A stretch of DNA of 64,000 bases. Origin: Macrostomum hystrix (taxonomy: Eukaryota; Animalia; Platyhelminthes). The translations under genes were made by a program, and so were the position numbers. The notes under the pieces are model-generated. The model was given only the letters and a program-made list of their open reading frames with translations. It did not search any database and was not told where the DNA came from. The stretch spans positions 3,286,001 through 3,350,000 of the forward strand of contig CATNEN010000005.1 of assembly GCA_950097015.1 (NCBI GenBank), written 5' to 3'. This document shows, in pieces, positions 45,805 through 58,700 of the stretch; the first letter of the stretch is position 1, and each line of letters starts with the position of its first letter.

Positions 45805-48800
45805 ATGTCTCTAGGAGTAGATAGCACCGTCAAAATCCTCGTCGAAGTTGAGCCCGTTGTGCGGCCTAAGAAGAGTCATCAGCAACGTCGGCATGGACGG
45901 CGCAGGTTTGTCACTCGTGCTCTCTGCATATGCTCGGCTGCCTTTGTGTCCTTGCAGCTGTTGCTGGCTCACAGTGGACTCGCTAGACGAGGCATCGCCG
46001 ACAGCGTTGTCACCAACGCTAGAGGCAGCAGCGTTGGTGACGAAAGTGGTAACGCGGTAGACATCCGGCAGCAGAGATTTCTGCTTCTGATTCGGGCTCA
46101 GTCCAGTCGAGAAAAATTCTTACAGAGAGCGGCATCGCGCAGCGGTATCGACGCTGCTGGGGAGCTTCTTAGACGTCGTCGAGTTGTTGAATGCCTGCGG
46201 GCCTTGGACGGTGAACTAAGACAACTGGCGGTGCAGCCGATACCGACTGTGGAGGCTTTCAGCTCTAGATTTCTGGCTGCTGAAAAGGCTCGGACGATGA
46301 CGTTGAAATCGCCCGCAGATGACGTTACAAGTCGTCTGCCGACGTGCCTGAGAGCAACGAATACCACTTGGGATGAAGCCAGGGATGTAGACGGTGAGAA
46401 ATTTGACTTTGTAGCACGCATGCAAGCTCGAAAAGCTTGAGCACTTTACAATATTATACGATAATACGACAAAGCTACACATTCGAGTCATTTTGGCAGT
46501 CCAAATTTTCAAACACCAAGACCAATCTGTACATGTCCTCGTAACTATTACCTTTCCATATGTGAGTACTTTCCGTCGTTTCTTTAAATTAGAAACTTTA
46601 CTACCTGCATTAAAAAAATAGCCTTGTCGAGTTGCTCAGCGCGAATTTCGCGTTCAGCGACACGCACACGGCAACTTCCCTAGGGATTTTTTTAGTTTGG
46701 GGGAAAACGGGCCTTTTTTCGTATCCTTTTTTTCTGCGTGGCGATGATGAAGTCAGAAGATTGCAGTGCCTCTGGCCGAAGCCGCGGCGGCAAATAAGTA
46801 TATACTATAGATGCCGCATAGAAGGGATATGTGAGGCAAAAATTCTTATCAGAAATTTCAGTCACGCTCGCGACGGTCGTGTTTCTCTCCTCCCAAACTC
46901 TCTTCCTCTATTCACTTCATCTCCATAAAGAGATTGGGCCCTGTCAGAATATTTTTTCTCTTCAGGCAGTTGATTGGCAGCTCCGAGTTTTGTGGAATGC
47001 TTTTTCTCTGTCTTCTACATTCGAGGACATACTGAAATTAAAATATTACTCCTGGGGCTTCTTAGTCTAGCACTTTATAATATTAGTTAGCGAGCAATGA
47101 GAACCTTCCGATTGCCGTCTCGAAATACTTGTTTCCTTCTTGTTATGAGCCCTACAAAAGTAGCTTTTTGTAGCCTAAGAAAAGTACAGAATCGCGTCGG
47201 GACAGCAGTTAGTATGTAAAGTAGTTTCATTTGTGTAGAATGTAATAACGAAGCTTATTCATTTCTATACAGCCAGGCGTTAACTAAGTCTATGATAAAT
47301 GAGAGTGTTTTGAGGGCCAGTGCTGCGGGCGACTGGATCTGTGAATACGCCGCAACTCGAGCTGTTTATTCTCTGTCTATGGCTCATTTGCATGGAGTTT
47401 TGGTCGCTTCACAATCGAATAGAGGGCTGCTGACTATAGAGGGGCCGGGGAGGACAGCTAGGGAGAGAGCTGAGATGGAGTTGTGGTAGCGAAGAGTGAG
47501 GGAGGAGGGAGCGGAGTGGAAATTGTACAGGGAGCGGAGAGGAAGCGGAGCGGAGGGGTAGGGAGCGTAGAGGGAGCGGAGACGGAGCTGAGAGGGAGAG
47601 GAGAGGGAGCGGAGCGTAGAGGGAGGGAGCGGAGCGGAGAGGAAGTTGTAGAGGGAGCGGAGAGGGTGCGGAGAGGGAGCGGAGAGGGTGCGGAGAGGGA
47701 GTGGAGAGGGAGCGGAGAAGGAGCGGAGCGGGGGAAGTGCTAAGAGGTAGGTGTTAGTTATGTAGGTTAGACTATCGAATATAGAGGTTATACGTTGAAG
47801 TTTAAGTGATTAATTTAAAGCATGTGAATTTTTAGCGTAGCGGGGCTAACCTTTGGGCATTGATTAATTAAAAGAGCAATTACGAGTTTGAATAGAATCC
47901 AGAGAACAATAAGCCTATTGTCTCTGAAAAGAAGCATTGCAAGTTAAGTAAGAACAGACAGTCAATGAGAAATATTTGCTGTGAAATCACGGATAAGAGA
48001 GAAAGGGAGATTTAGGATTCTCAGAATATTATAAGAAGTGAGTTACAATAAATCAATATAGAATATTCGATAAAGCGTTCCTTACATTGCCTGTATAATG
48101 GGAGTCTAACATTAGTCTCTCGTTCGTCCCCCATATGCTCGACTCCCCTACTCGCGAATACGATTAAAGTCTCAAATATTTTACTCAATCTATTGCTATA
48201 AGAACATGAAAAGCGAATAGCAAATTGAGTATAAAAATAGCTCCCCATTCAGGCTCAAAAAGGCTTGTACTATACTAACTGTATTAGTCGCTAGGGGCAC
48301 TTACCTCAAACGAAGCGAACGCCAAGATTACAAAGTATTTAGCAGTCGAACCATTGCACAAAAATGTTCAGTGAGAAAGTTTTCTGTTTTACTCGTTGGA
48401 GAAGAAAAAGAAGAGAATACACATTTCAGAACACTTCTTTGCTGTTTTGTGTCAGTGGTTGCTGTCCAAGGATTCTGTTTTGTGTGAGTGGTTGCTGTCC
48501 AAGGATTCTGTTTTGTGTCAGTGGTTGCTGTCCAAGGATTCTGTTTTGTGTGAGTGGTTGCTGTCCAAGGATTCTGTTTTGTGTGTGTGGTTGCTGTCCA
48601 AGGATTCTGTTTTGTGTGTGTGGTTGCTGTCCAAGGATTCTGTTTTGTGTGTGTGGTTGCTGTCCAATGATTCTGTTTTGTGTGTGTGTTTGCTGTCAAA
48701 GGATTCTGTTTCGTGTGAGTGGTTGCTGTCCAAGGATTCTGTTTTGTGTGTGTGGTTGCTGTCCAAGGATTCTGTTTTCTGTGTGTGGTTGCTGTCCAAG

Positions 48801-51740
48801 GATTCTGTTTTGTGTGAGTGGTTGCTGTCCATGGATTCTGTTTTGTGTGAGTGGTTGCTGTCCATGGATTCTGTTTTGTGTGAGTGGTTGCTGTCCAAGG
48901 ATTCTGTTTTCTGTGTGTGGTTGCTGTCCAAGGATTCTGTTTTGTGTGTGTGGTTGCTGTCCAAGAATTCTGTTTTGTGTGTGTGGTTGCTGTCCAAGGA
49001 TTCTGTTTTCTGTGTGTGGTTGCTGTCCAAGGATTCTGTTTTGTGTGAGTGGTTGCTGTCCATGGATTCTGTTTTGTGTGAGTGGTTGCTGTCCAAGGAT
49101 TCTGTTTTGTGTCAGTGGTTGCTGTCCAAGGATTCTGTTTTCTGTGTGTGGTTGCTGTCCAAGGATTCTGTTTTGTGTGAGTGGTTGCTGTGAAATGATT
49201 CTGTTTTGTGTGTGTGGTTGCTGTGAAATGATTCTGTTTTGTGTGAGTGGTTGCTGTCCAAGGATTCTGTTTTGTGTCAGTGGTTGCTGTCCAAGGATTC
49301 TGTTTTCTGTGTGTGGTTGCTGTCCAAGGATTCTGTTTTGTGTGAGTGGTTGCTGTCCAAGGATTCTGTTTTGTGTGAGTGGTTGCTGTCCAAGGATTCT
49401 GTTTTGTGTGAGTTGTTGCTGTCCAAGGATTCTGTTTTGTGTGTGTGTTTGCTGTCCATGGATTCTGTTTTGTGTGAGTGGTTGCTGTCCAAGGATTCTG
49501 TTTTGTGTGAGTTGTTGCTGTCCAAGGATTCTGTTTTGTGTGTGTGTTTGCTGTCCAAGGATTCTGTTTTGTGTGAGTGGTTGCTGTCCAAGGATTCTGT
49601 TTTGTGTGAGTGGTTGCTGTCCAAGGATTCTGTTTTGTGTGAGTTGTTGCTGTCCAAGGATTCTGTTTTGTGTGAGTGGTTGCTGTCCAAGGATTCTGTT
49701 TTGTGTGAGTTGTTGCTGTCCAAGGATTCTGTTTTGTGTGTGTGTTTGCTGTCCATGGATTCTGTTTTGTGTGAGTGGTTGCTGTCCAAGGATTCTGTTT
49801 TGTGTGAGTTGTTGCTGTCCAAGGATTCTGTTTTGTGTGTGTGTTTGCTGTCCATGGATTCTGTTTTGTGTGAGTGGTTGCTGTCCAAGGATTCTGTTTT
49901 GTGTGTGTGGTTGCTGTGAAAGGATTCTGTTTTGTGTGAGTGGTTGCTGTCCAAGGATTCTGTTTTGTGTCAGTGGTTGCTGTCCAAGGATTCTGTTTTG
50001 TGTGAGTGGTTGCTGTCCATGGATTCTGTTTTGTGTGTGTGGTTGCTGTCCATGGATTCTGTTTTGTGTGAGTGGTTGCTGTCAAAGGATTCTGTTTTGT
50101 GTGTGTGGTTGCTGTCCAAGAATTCTGTTTTGTGTGTGTGGTTGCTGTCCAAGGATTCTGTTTTAGGTTTTGTTGTTTGTGCGTTATCGCCTTAAGAAGA
50201 ATCTAACGAATGTCTCTTATGCTTTTCAACATAACTCCTAAAAGTACTCGTACTTTTTATAGTAAAAGAGTAGAAAAGTAGACGAGAATGACCTTTGGCT
50301 GGCAAGTTGCTGAATTAATTTTAGATTCGCTATCCGGATTATTCAACCTCACTGAGTCATCCGAGTCGGATAGTTACAAGCCGTTCGCCACGCCTGAGTT
50401 GGGTGGCAGTCATGCACCGTTGGATTGTCGTCCAAAAGACTGCGTGTTGTTGCTAATTCCCTATCGAAGTAGGCGTCGACATCTGAAGATTCTGCTCAGG
50501 CGCCTGCATCCGGTTATGCAGACTCAAAAATTGTGCTACACAGTTGTGGTGGCTGAACAGGTGGGTAAAAGCATACAAATGTACAATTTTTCGCAGAGGT
50601 CTGTCATCGTGTGTTGCGGCAGCATTTGCTGACGTCGCGTTTTTCGTTTTTTCGCTTTTGCAATATTAATGAAGTTTGTCTCTACCAGTTTCTCTTATCC
50701 GCATTTGACAGAACGGCAATGCCACCTTCAACAAGGCCAAGCTCATGAATGCGGCTTTCTTAGAAAGCGTCAAACTTGGCCAGTTCGCGTGCGTCATCTT
50801 TCACGACGTCGACCTGATACCGGCCAATGAGAAAATTCCCTACTCTTGTCCCGCTTATCCCAGACATAACAGCGTCTCGATCGATAAATTTGGATATTCG
50901 TGAGTTGAGAAGTCTAGAATTTTTACTAAAAGTTCCCCTATGAGTTGACGAGCTTTTCGAAACTCCCTAACCATCACGCAGTCTGCCCTATAAGCAGCTT
51001 GTTGGTGGTGTACTAGCCATGCCAAAGCGACATTTCCTGCGTGTCAACGGCTACTCAAACCTGTTCTGGGGCTGGGGCGGAGAGGATGACGATATGGAGA
51101 CCAGGTGCGTACTGGGGCTGCTCAGAGACACAAACTCATTCATCATTATCAGACATTTACTAGCTAGACACCATGGCCCTCATCCACTAGCCAGACACCA
51201 TGGCCCTCATCCACTAGCCAGACACAATAGCCCTCATCCCCTAGCCAGACTCCATAGTCCCCATCCACTAGCCAGACACCATAGCCCTCGTCAACTAGCC
51301 AGACTCCATAGGCCTCATCAACTAGCCAGTGATTGTGATCGTTTAATCACAAAACGACACAGTCAAATTCGCGCAAGAATGAACTGACCAATCAGCAGCT
51401 GGTTTTCAGAATTCGGTCAGCAGGTCTGTTGGTCACACGGCCCAACCCCAGACTGGCTCGCTATCACATGATCAGACACGGAGCCAGGAAAGAAATTCTC
51501 GGCGAAGTCAGGTAGGATATTATCTCAGCTACCTAACGTTAAAACGATTAAACTTTTAAAGAAGTTATTTTCAAAAACATGCCTTTTAGATACAAACTTC
51601 TCCACTTGAGCTCAAAGAGATACCGTCTTGACGGACTAAACAGTCTCAATTACTCCACTGTGTCGCTAACATTTAAACCACTTTATACTCACATTCTGAT
51701 TGATATTGGCCAGCCACCGCCAAGCTCTAAGTACTACTGA
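45805..51740 (+). CDS. GT7-family beta-1,4-galactosyl/N-acetylgalactosaminyltransferase; exons 45805-46393, 46475-46561, 50325-50560, 50712-50899, 50982-51104, 51410-51511, 51590-51740
   Basis: Type II TM in exon 1. Motifs GGSHAPLDC, IPYRSRRRHL, FNKAKLMN, FHDVDLIP, GGVLAM, VNGYSNLFWGWGGEDDD, RYHMIRH and DGLNSLNY. Phases are consistent; exons 1-2 are less certain. Confidence 0.9.
47490..47740 (+). repeat. Purine-rich degenerate repeat (GGAGCGGAGAG-like)
   Basis: Direct inspection; in GT7 intron 2. Confidence 0.8.
48440..50163 (+). repeat. 33-bp array (GTGGTTGCTGTCCAAGGATTCTGTTTTGTGTGA) in GT7 intron 2
   Basis: About 52 units; gives the 11-aa periodic ORFs on both strands. Confidence 0.97.
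51160..51330 (+). repeat. 27-bp array (CTAGCCAGACACCATGGCCCTCATCCA) in GT7 intron 5
   Basis: About 6 units. Confidence 0.9.
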
Positions 51741-51941
51741 CCCACAGATCGAGGAATAGTAGTATGATGTGTATATTTTATTGTTTCGCTACAACGATGC
51801 AGCCAGATTCCATTTAAATGTCTTATTTCTCGAAATCATTGAATTTCTCGAAATAACTACAATAAATTAAAACAGGTATTTTCAGTCAGGAGCTGTTCTA
51901 ATTCAATTAAAATAAAAGATTTAAAAAGCTTACTTTAACGT

Positions 51942-52241
51942 AAGGTTGTAGCCTAGTAGTTAGGGCGTCGGACTCACGACTTGAAGGTCGGGGGTTCGAT
52001 TCCCGACTCCACTGGAACAATTTGCGTCCTTTAGCAAGACACTTAACTCTGCATTGCTTCAGTTCACCCAGCTGTTAAATGGGTACCAGCATCAGCTGGG
52101 ATAATTGAAGGTGGGTGTGGCGTCCCCCCAGTCCGTGGACTGAACAGCTGTACGCAGCCTTTAGATGCGCCGCGCATTAGCTGCGGCTGTGCTGTCGGCT
52201 GCACATCTGACCCAATTGGGGCAGGTGTAATCAATTATTAT
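51942..52241 (+). mobile_element. Full-length tRNA-derived SINE (family B) with a CORE-like central domain
   Basis: A box TAGCCTAGTAG and B box GGTTCGATTCC. Central GTCCTTTAGCAAGACACTTAAC...CAGCTGTTAAATGGG. (ATT)n end and a 12-bp TSD TTACTTTAACGT (51930-51941 and 52242-52253). Confidence 0.9.
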
Positions 52242-52721
52242 TTACTTTAACGTGTTCTCGAAGCACCACGGGTAAAAAAAACCTTTTAAAAAACTTTTTA
52301 AAGTATTTTTCTTCAAACCAAAGAGTTGATCAATCAATAGCAGCGAAAATCAGTAAAATAAGATCGGCAATGCACAAAATAATCTTGAAGTAATTGTAAA
52401 TTGTAAAATAATCACGAAAACATCTTAATTAAGCCACAGGAATCAAATATTGCTTGAAATCTATGAAATTAGCAAAAATTGGCAATATGGTAGCAAGTTA
52501 AAAAATAAAATATTGGAAGAGAAAAAAATTGCTCGTTGAAGCAAATGAACTTCGAGCTAAAAAACACATTGATTAGACTTTCAAGACGAAGAAAAAGCCA
52601 TTTTGCACAGTACACTACTATTAGTAAAAATATATGAAAAAGTAGTTTGAAAGGATTTTCAATGCACGGCAATAATCAACGATTGTTATCTCATTTGTCC
52701 ATTAAACTGTTCGGGGCCTCA

Positions 52722-55700
52722 TTATCGAGCGAACCTCGCCGCCTCGTCCGAGTTCCACACGGCAATGTACCCATCGTGACTGCGCGCGGCGCTCAAAAAC
52801 CAACGGCCCGGCTCCGGCGGCGCCGTGAGGCATTCGACAACATCGGCGTGGGCGTGCAGCGCCAGCTGCTGACGAGCTTCGCCGATGCCATCGTGATCCT
52901 GGCTAAACTTAACTAGAAAAATGTAGCCCTCCTTGCATCCCACTAGCAGCAGTAGAGAATTGTTGGACTCTTTCGGGTCCTTTGGCTCGGCATTGACGAG
53001 TTGGCAAAGCGAGCCGATGCCTCGACAACGACCGTTACCTGAGGGACAGGCTAGGCGAAGGCGCCCGTTGAGCTCCAGCTTCAGAGGACTGTCTGTGGCT
53101 GCCTGCTGTTGCGCTCGATAGAAGCGCAGTTCGCCGACACGATCCGAGGCGGCCACAACGAGCAGACGATTGTGCTCAAGCGGTGTCAATGCGAGCAGTC
53201 GATCGCACTCAAACTGAGCAGCATCTAACTTGATTAGGCACTGCGGCTCATTGTTTACGTCCAGACTGTAGATCGCTCTGCGGATGGTATTTAATAAGCA
53301 CTTATTCAGTGTACTGTCTCACTGTACATTTATAGTGGTTTGGGTCTAAAACTTATCACGTGCTGGGTCACTCAATCCACCATTCTAGTTTGCTTTTTGG
53401 AGTGTGTACACATGACTGTACAGGTATGGAGTGTGTAGACATGACTGTACAGGTATGGAGTGTGTACACATGACTGTACAGGTATGGAGTGTGTACACAT
53501 GACTGTACAGGTATGGAGTGTGTACACATGACTGTACAGGTATGGAGTGTGTATTATTGACTGTACAGGTATGGAGTGTGTATACATGACTGTACAGGTA
53601 TGGAGTGTGTACACATGACTGTACAGGTATGGAGTGTGTATTTTTGACTGTACAGGTATGGAGTGTGTATACATGACTGTACAGGTATGGAGTGTGTACA
53701 CATGACTGTACAGGTATGGAGTGTGTACACATGACTGTACAGGTATGGAGTGTGTATTTTTGACTGTCCAGGTATGGAGTGCGAACACTTAATTGTCTAG
53801 GTATTTAGAGGTTTAGAATCAATTTTGTTACAGGTGATTGGTTTAGAAAGTTGATGAAATGGCACCTGCGACTGCAGAACAGGACCAACGGATCGCCATC
53901 GCCATTCGCATTGTGAGGGCCAGACAGGAACGGACTGAGGCAAACCGGACGGACACCCGGGCCGCAGTCCACTCGCTTGAGCAGTTTTCTTTGAGCAGTG
54001 TGCCAGACTAGAATCTCGGCTAGCTGCTGATTTCCGATGCCCATGCCGCTGCTGATTGAGTAGCAGTGTTTGCCAACTTCAGCCATGCTCAGCACCGGAT
54101 GGCGGTGACCGGTGAGACGCTCCTCCGTTGGCGGTGCGCGACTAGTCATGATGACAGTCAGCTGACTGCCGCCCTGATGGTGATAGGTTGCCAGCCAGAA
54201 GTGCGACGGCTCAGTAGATACCTGGTGAAGGTGATGAGAAAACTCCGAATTTGAGTTTGATCGGATTTATTGTAGATAGATGATGTACTTTGACTCCTGA
54301 TACACTTTCTACCGATACACTTTCTACCGATAAACTTTCTACCGATATACTTTCTACCGATACACTTTCTACCGATACACTTTCTACCGATACACTTTCT
54401 ACCGATACACTTTCTACCGATACACTTTCTACCGATATACTTTCTACCGATACACTTTCTACCGATACACTTTCTACCGATATACTTTCTACCGATACAC
54501 TTTCTACCGATATACTTTCTACCGATATACTTTCTACCGATACACTTTCTACCGATATACTTTCTACCGATACACTTTCTACCGATACACTTTCTACCGA
54601 TATACTTTCTACCGATACACTTTCTACCGATACACTTTCTACCGATATACTTTCTACCGATACACTTTCTACCGATATACTTTCTACCGATATACTTTCT
54701 ACCGATACACTTTCTACCGATATACTTTCTACCGATACACTTTCTACCGATACACTTTCTAACGATATACTTTCTACCGATACACTTTCTACCGATATAC
54801 TTTCTACCGATATACTTTCTACCGATACACTTTCTACCGATATACTTTCTACCGATATACTTTCTACCGATATACTTTCTACCGATACACTTTCTACCGA
54901 TATACTTTCTACCGATACACTTTCTAACCGATATACTTTCTACCGATACACTTTCTACCGATATACTTTCTACCGATATACTTTCTACCGATACACTTTC
55001 TACCGATTTACTTTCTACCGATACACTTTCTACCGATACACTTTCTACCGATATACTTTCTACCGATACACTTTCTACCGATACACTTTCTACCGATATA
55101 CTTTCTACCGATATACTTTCTACCGATACACTTTCTACCGATATACTTTCTACCGATATACTTTCTACCGATACACTTTCTACCGATATACTTTCTACCG
55201 ATACACTTTCTACCGATATACTTTCTACCGATACACTTTCTACCGATACACTTTCTACCGATATACTTTCTACCGATATACTTTCTACCGATACACTTTC
55301 TACCGATATACTTTCTACCGATACACTTTCTACCGATACACTTTCTACCGATATACTTTCTACCGATATACTTTCTACCGATACACTTTCTACCGATATA
55401 CTTTCTACCGATACACTTTCTACCGATATACTTTCTACCGATATACTTTCTACCGATATACTTTCTACCGATATACTTTCTACCGTAGTTCCGTCAGTGA
55501 AAAATGGCAGCACTAACCTGCATCACGCAGTGAATTCTGCCAGGTAGATTCGCCACAATGGAATCAATTAGGCCGGCCTGTACATCCACAATGGCCAATT
55601 TGGATACTGTGCTAGTATTATAAGCGCAGTAGATAGGCTCAGGATAGGTGTAAACTCCAGGTCTTGTCATTGGAAACAGGCCAACGATGGTGACCTTCTC

Positions 55701-58700
55701 TGATTCACCGTAGGCGGGGTTAAATTTGCACACCAAACTCTGGTACGTGCTTGTCGGGAGGCTGCTATCGTAGCGGCCTTTGCTAAAGTAGAGAAAATTA
55801 TCCATCAGCTGCCTGTCAGCTCGGTAGAACTGACTGCCTTCCACCCTAGCCAAAGCTAGCAGGGTGTCAATAATAAGAGCATTTTCGCAGGCCTTGTGTA
55901 CAATCGTGCGATCTTTCGCCAGACGATAGGCCCGCATAGCTGCTAGGTATTCTTCGAGTACGGTGTGCCACGCTGGTAGGTCGCCAGATTTGAGCCAGAT
56001 TGTATGGCTGCTATGCTGCTGAGGATGCTGCTGACGATTTGCTGAGTTGCTACGATGAGGCGCGGGGAGAGAAAGCTAGTTAGGAACCCCGTAAATAATC
56101 TCAAAATTTTTGAAGAAGCTAGAATGCCCGATACCTCAATAATTGTTTTCTAAGCATTGGGGCACCCACGGGGAGTGGCAGAGCGGTCTACCGCGTTTGC
56201 CTCTCAAACCAAGGTCCTGAGCTCGATTCCGCGGCGAGGCCACATTCATTTGGGGCGCAGCGGTGGAGAGAAGGCTTGGTGGCTTGTCGTGCAATTAACG
56301 CCCTTGTGGGCCAACCGCCAAGTCACTGCAGTGACAGTGCACACTGCCGGACGATGAGAAAGTCAGGGCAGATGTACACACCTGTGTGAGCGTGTGCCTG
56401 CGTACAGTATCTGTGTTCGTGTGTGCTCAGGAGTCAGAGAAACAGGCAGAATTGCCTCCAGGCTGGCTGCTGCTCTAGTGTCACGAAATGATGTGCCATT
56501 GCCCGCAGACAGACACAGAGAGAATTGCCTATTTGAATCGGAAAGTGAGGTCCCTTTTTTATTCATGTCAAAAAATTATAGAGTACCAGCCGTTCATATT
56601 TTGGTAGAAAGTTTTCTATTTTAAAGTTGGAAATAGCCAAACACAACTATTATAACGTATTAATGAATGGAACGCACAATGGAACAGGAAAATCCCTGAA
56701 GTCTAGCAAAGTATACAAAATAGTCGTACTGGAAGGAACAGAAACGAACGGCCATTGGTAGAGCCGCAGCTATTGTATGAACAACTCCCTCAACAAGCTC
56801 ATGCTGGTACCCATTTTACAGCTGGAACGACTTTCCCAAAAACTGCTTTCCTAATGCTGAGATTCGAACTCCCGACCTTCTAGTCTCGGATCACAAGCTC
56901 TTAACAACGGGCTACAAGCTCTCTAACCCAGTAATAAGATAACAGATACCTGTACACTAAAGCCTCTAAAATATATAGCAATCCTGGTTTTAAAACAATC
57001 GAATCGTTGTCACACCTGACTCCAGCAGTTGTCGTATTCTCCATTGTGATCTTGAGCGAAGCGTAACCGGAAGCGATACGCCAGATCATCCTAGTGGGTC
57101 GCTCGACATTGGTCACCTGGTCAAGATTTGCCAACCTAATGAACGGCGAACCGGCGTGGCCGTGCGGACTGCGCAAATAGATGCTTCGGTCGGTTAGGAC
57201 CAGATGACCGGAACGCAGCCTGTCCACGTGGACCAGACTACCCGCTTTCAGGACAATCTGCGGAAAATAGTCATTTCTAGTTACCAAGGCGACGTGCATT
57301 TTAATGTGGGCACATTCCGTGACTCACTGCCGCATCTTCGGGCGCATCGACGGCTCGCAGTTCTCGAACCCGACTGCTCCACATGTCGTAGAAGGCGTGA
57401 AACAAAGCCGGGTCGATGCCGAAGTTGTCTTCCGGCATCAGCAGCTGGTCATTATCAGCATCTTCGATGTTGATCTCTACGTTAGACCCCGCGGCGACAT
57501 CGGATGAATCCACGGATAGCGGTAGAAAAGTTTGAAACAGTCTCGACTGCAGCTCCTCGTCGAAACTGATGCATAGGTTTGACAGACATTCGGCAAAGCT
57601 GGCCTTGTTGATACTGCGCATCGGGATCTCGATGTTTCTACTGATTCTTCGTCGATCTCTGGCTTCGCCTTCATCGTGCCCCGTTGCATAGCTATTGTCC
57701 ATCGCAACAGCCACAGCCGACGTGGCGATTGACGCAGGCAGATCCAGGCTATCGTCAATGTCCAAGTCCAGGGCTCCTCCGCTCGTCGAATGAACGAACT
57801 GGCGTAGCTGCTGCAACTCTTCGTGGAGAGCTTGACGCTCGGTGTCGGACAGTCCGCGCATGATTTCCTTAACGGCTGGCTGGTTGACCAGACGGTTGTC
57901 GAGCCGGTAGCACTCGTGGCAGTCCCGGAGGGCTGGAACATTCTGCCCAGTTGCCAAGTGGAACATGCTGCGCAGGTGGTGTATTAACACGCGTCTGAAT
58001 AAAAGCAAAGGTGAAGAGATCGTCAGAGAAAGCAACGAAAGTGAAATTGATTTGTTGGATCGGAAGGCAAATTTATTTTTTCTCTCTAGTCTGTCTCTAG
58101 TTCTGTCAATTCTAATTGTATTATTACTCTAACTAGTCTCTCAGCGTACTACCCTCGTATGCGGATTGGACTATTTTCTCAGCGCTAGGACGAGTATATA
58201 TTACATAGACCAAAAGTTCCTATTTGATAAGAGTTCTCGACTAATCCCAAAGGTGTTTGCAAGCTCATTTTCGCTTTGGATGATGAAAACATCTATAGAT
58301 ACGTCTTAGAATTTATAGGAATCACATTGCCTAAATGTCACGCTTCAATGGGTGACTTCACTTCGTTTCGAGATGAAAGCGAATGACATTTCGATTTCCT
58401 GCGAGATGAAACGTCTGGAGAAAGTGAAACAGCCCAAATCAAAAGCAAGTCACGATTACAAAGCTTCTTCTAAAACTACAGAATCTTCACACCCACCTGC
58501 TCTTGTCTGCCCCATCCAGCTGTCTGCCCAGCATGTCGATGCAGCGCGGATAGAATCCATCGCCTCCCGAAGCTGCCAGACGCTTTGGAAAGTACTCCGG
58601 CAGGCGCAGATACTCCGGATTGCGCTGTCCCGGCTCCAGTTCCGGCACCTTCGGCAAAGCCATCATTGAAGCCGACTGGCGGGTCTTTGTTCTGGCGAAG

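Noticed and set aside
51942-52015. Genuine tRNA genes here and at 18066 and 56165
   Set aside because: The A/B boxes run into longer repeat bodies with tails and a TSD, and the cloverleaves are imperfect. These are SINE heads.
3816-55516. Long periodic ORFs (for example 3816-4622, 6971-9399, 20347-22270, 28076-30000, 30595-33931, 48328-50166, 54158-55516)
   Set aside because: They coincide with tandem arrays lacking stops, are often open in several frames or on both strands, and many lie inside introns of well-supported genes.
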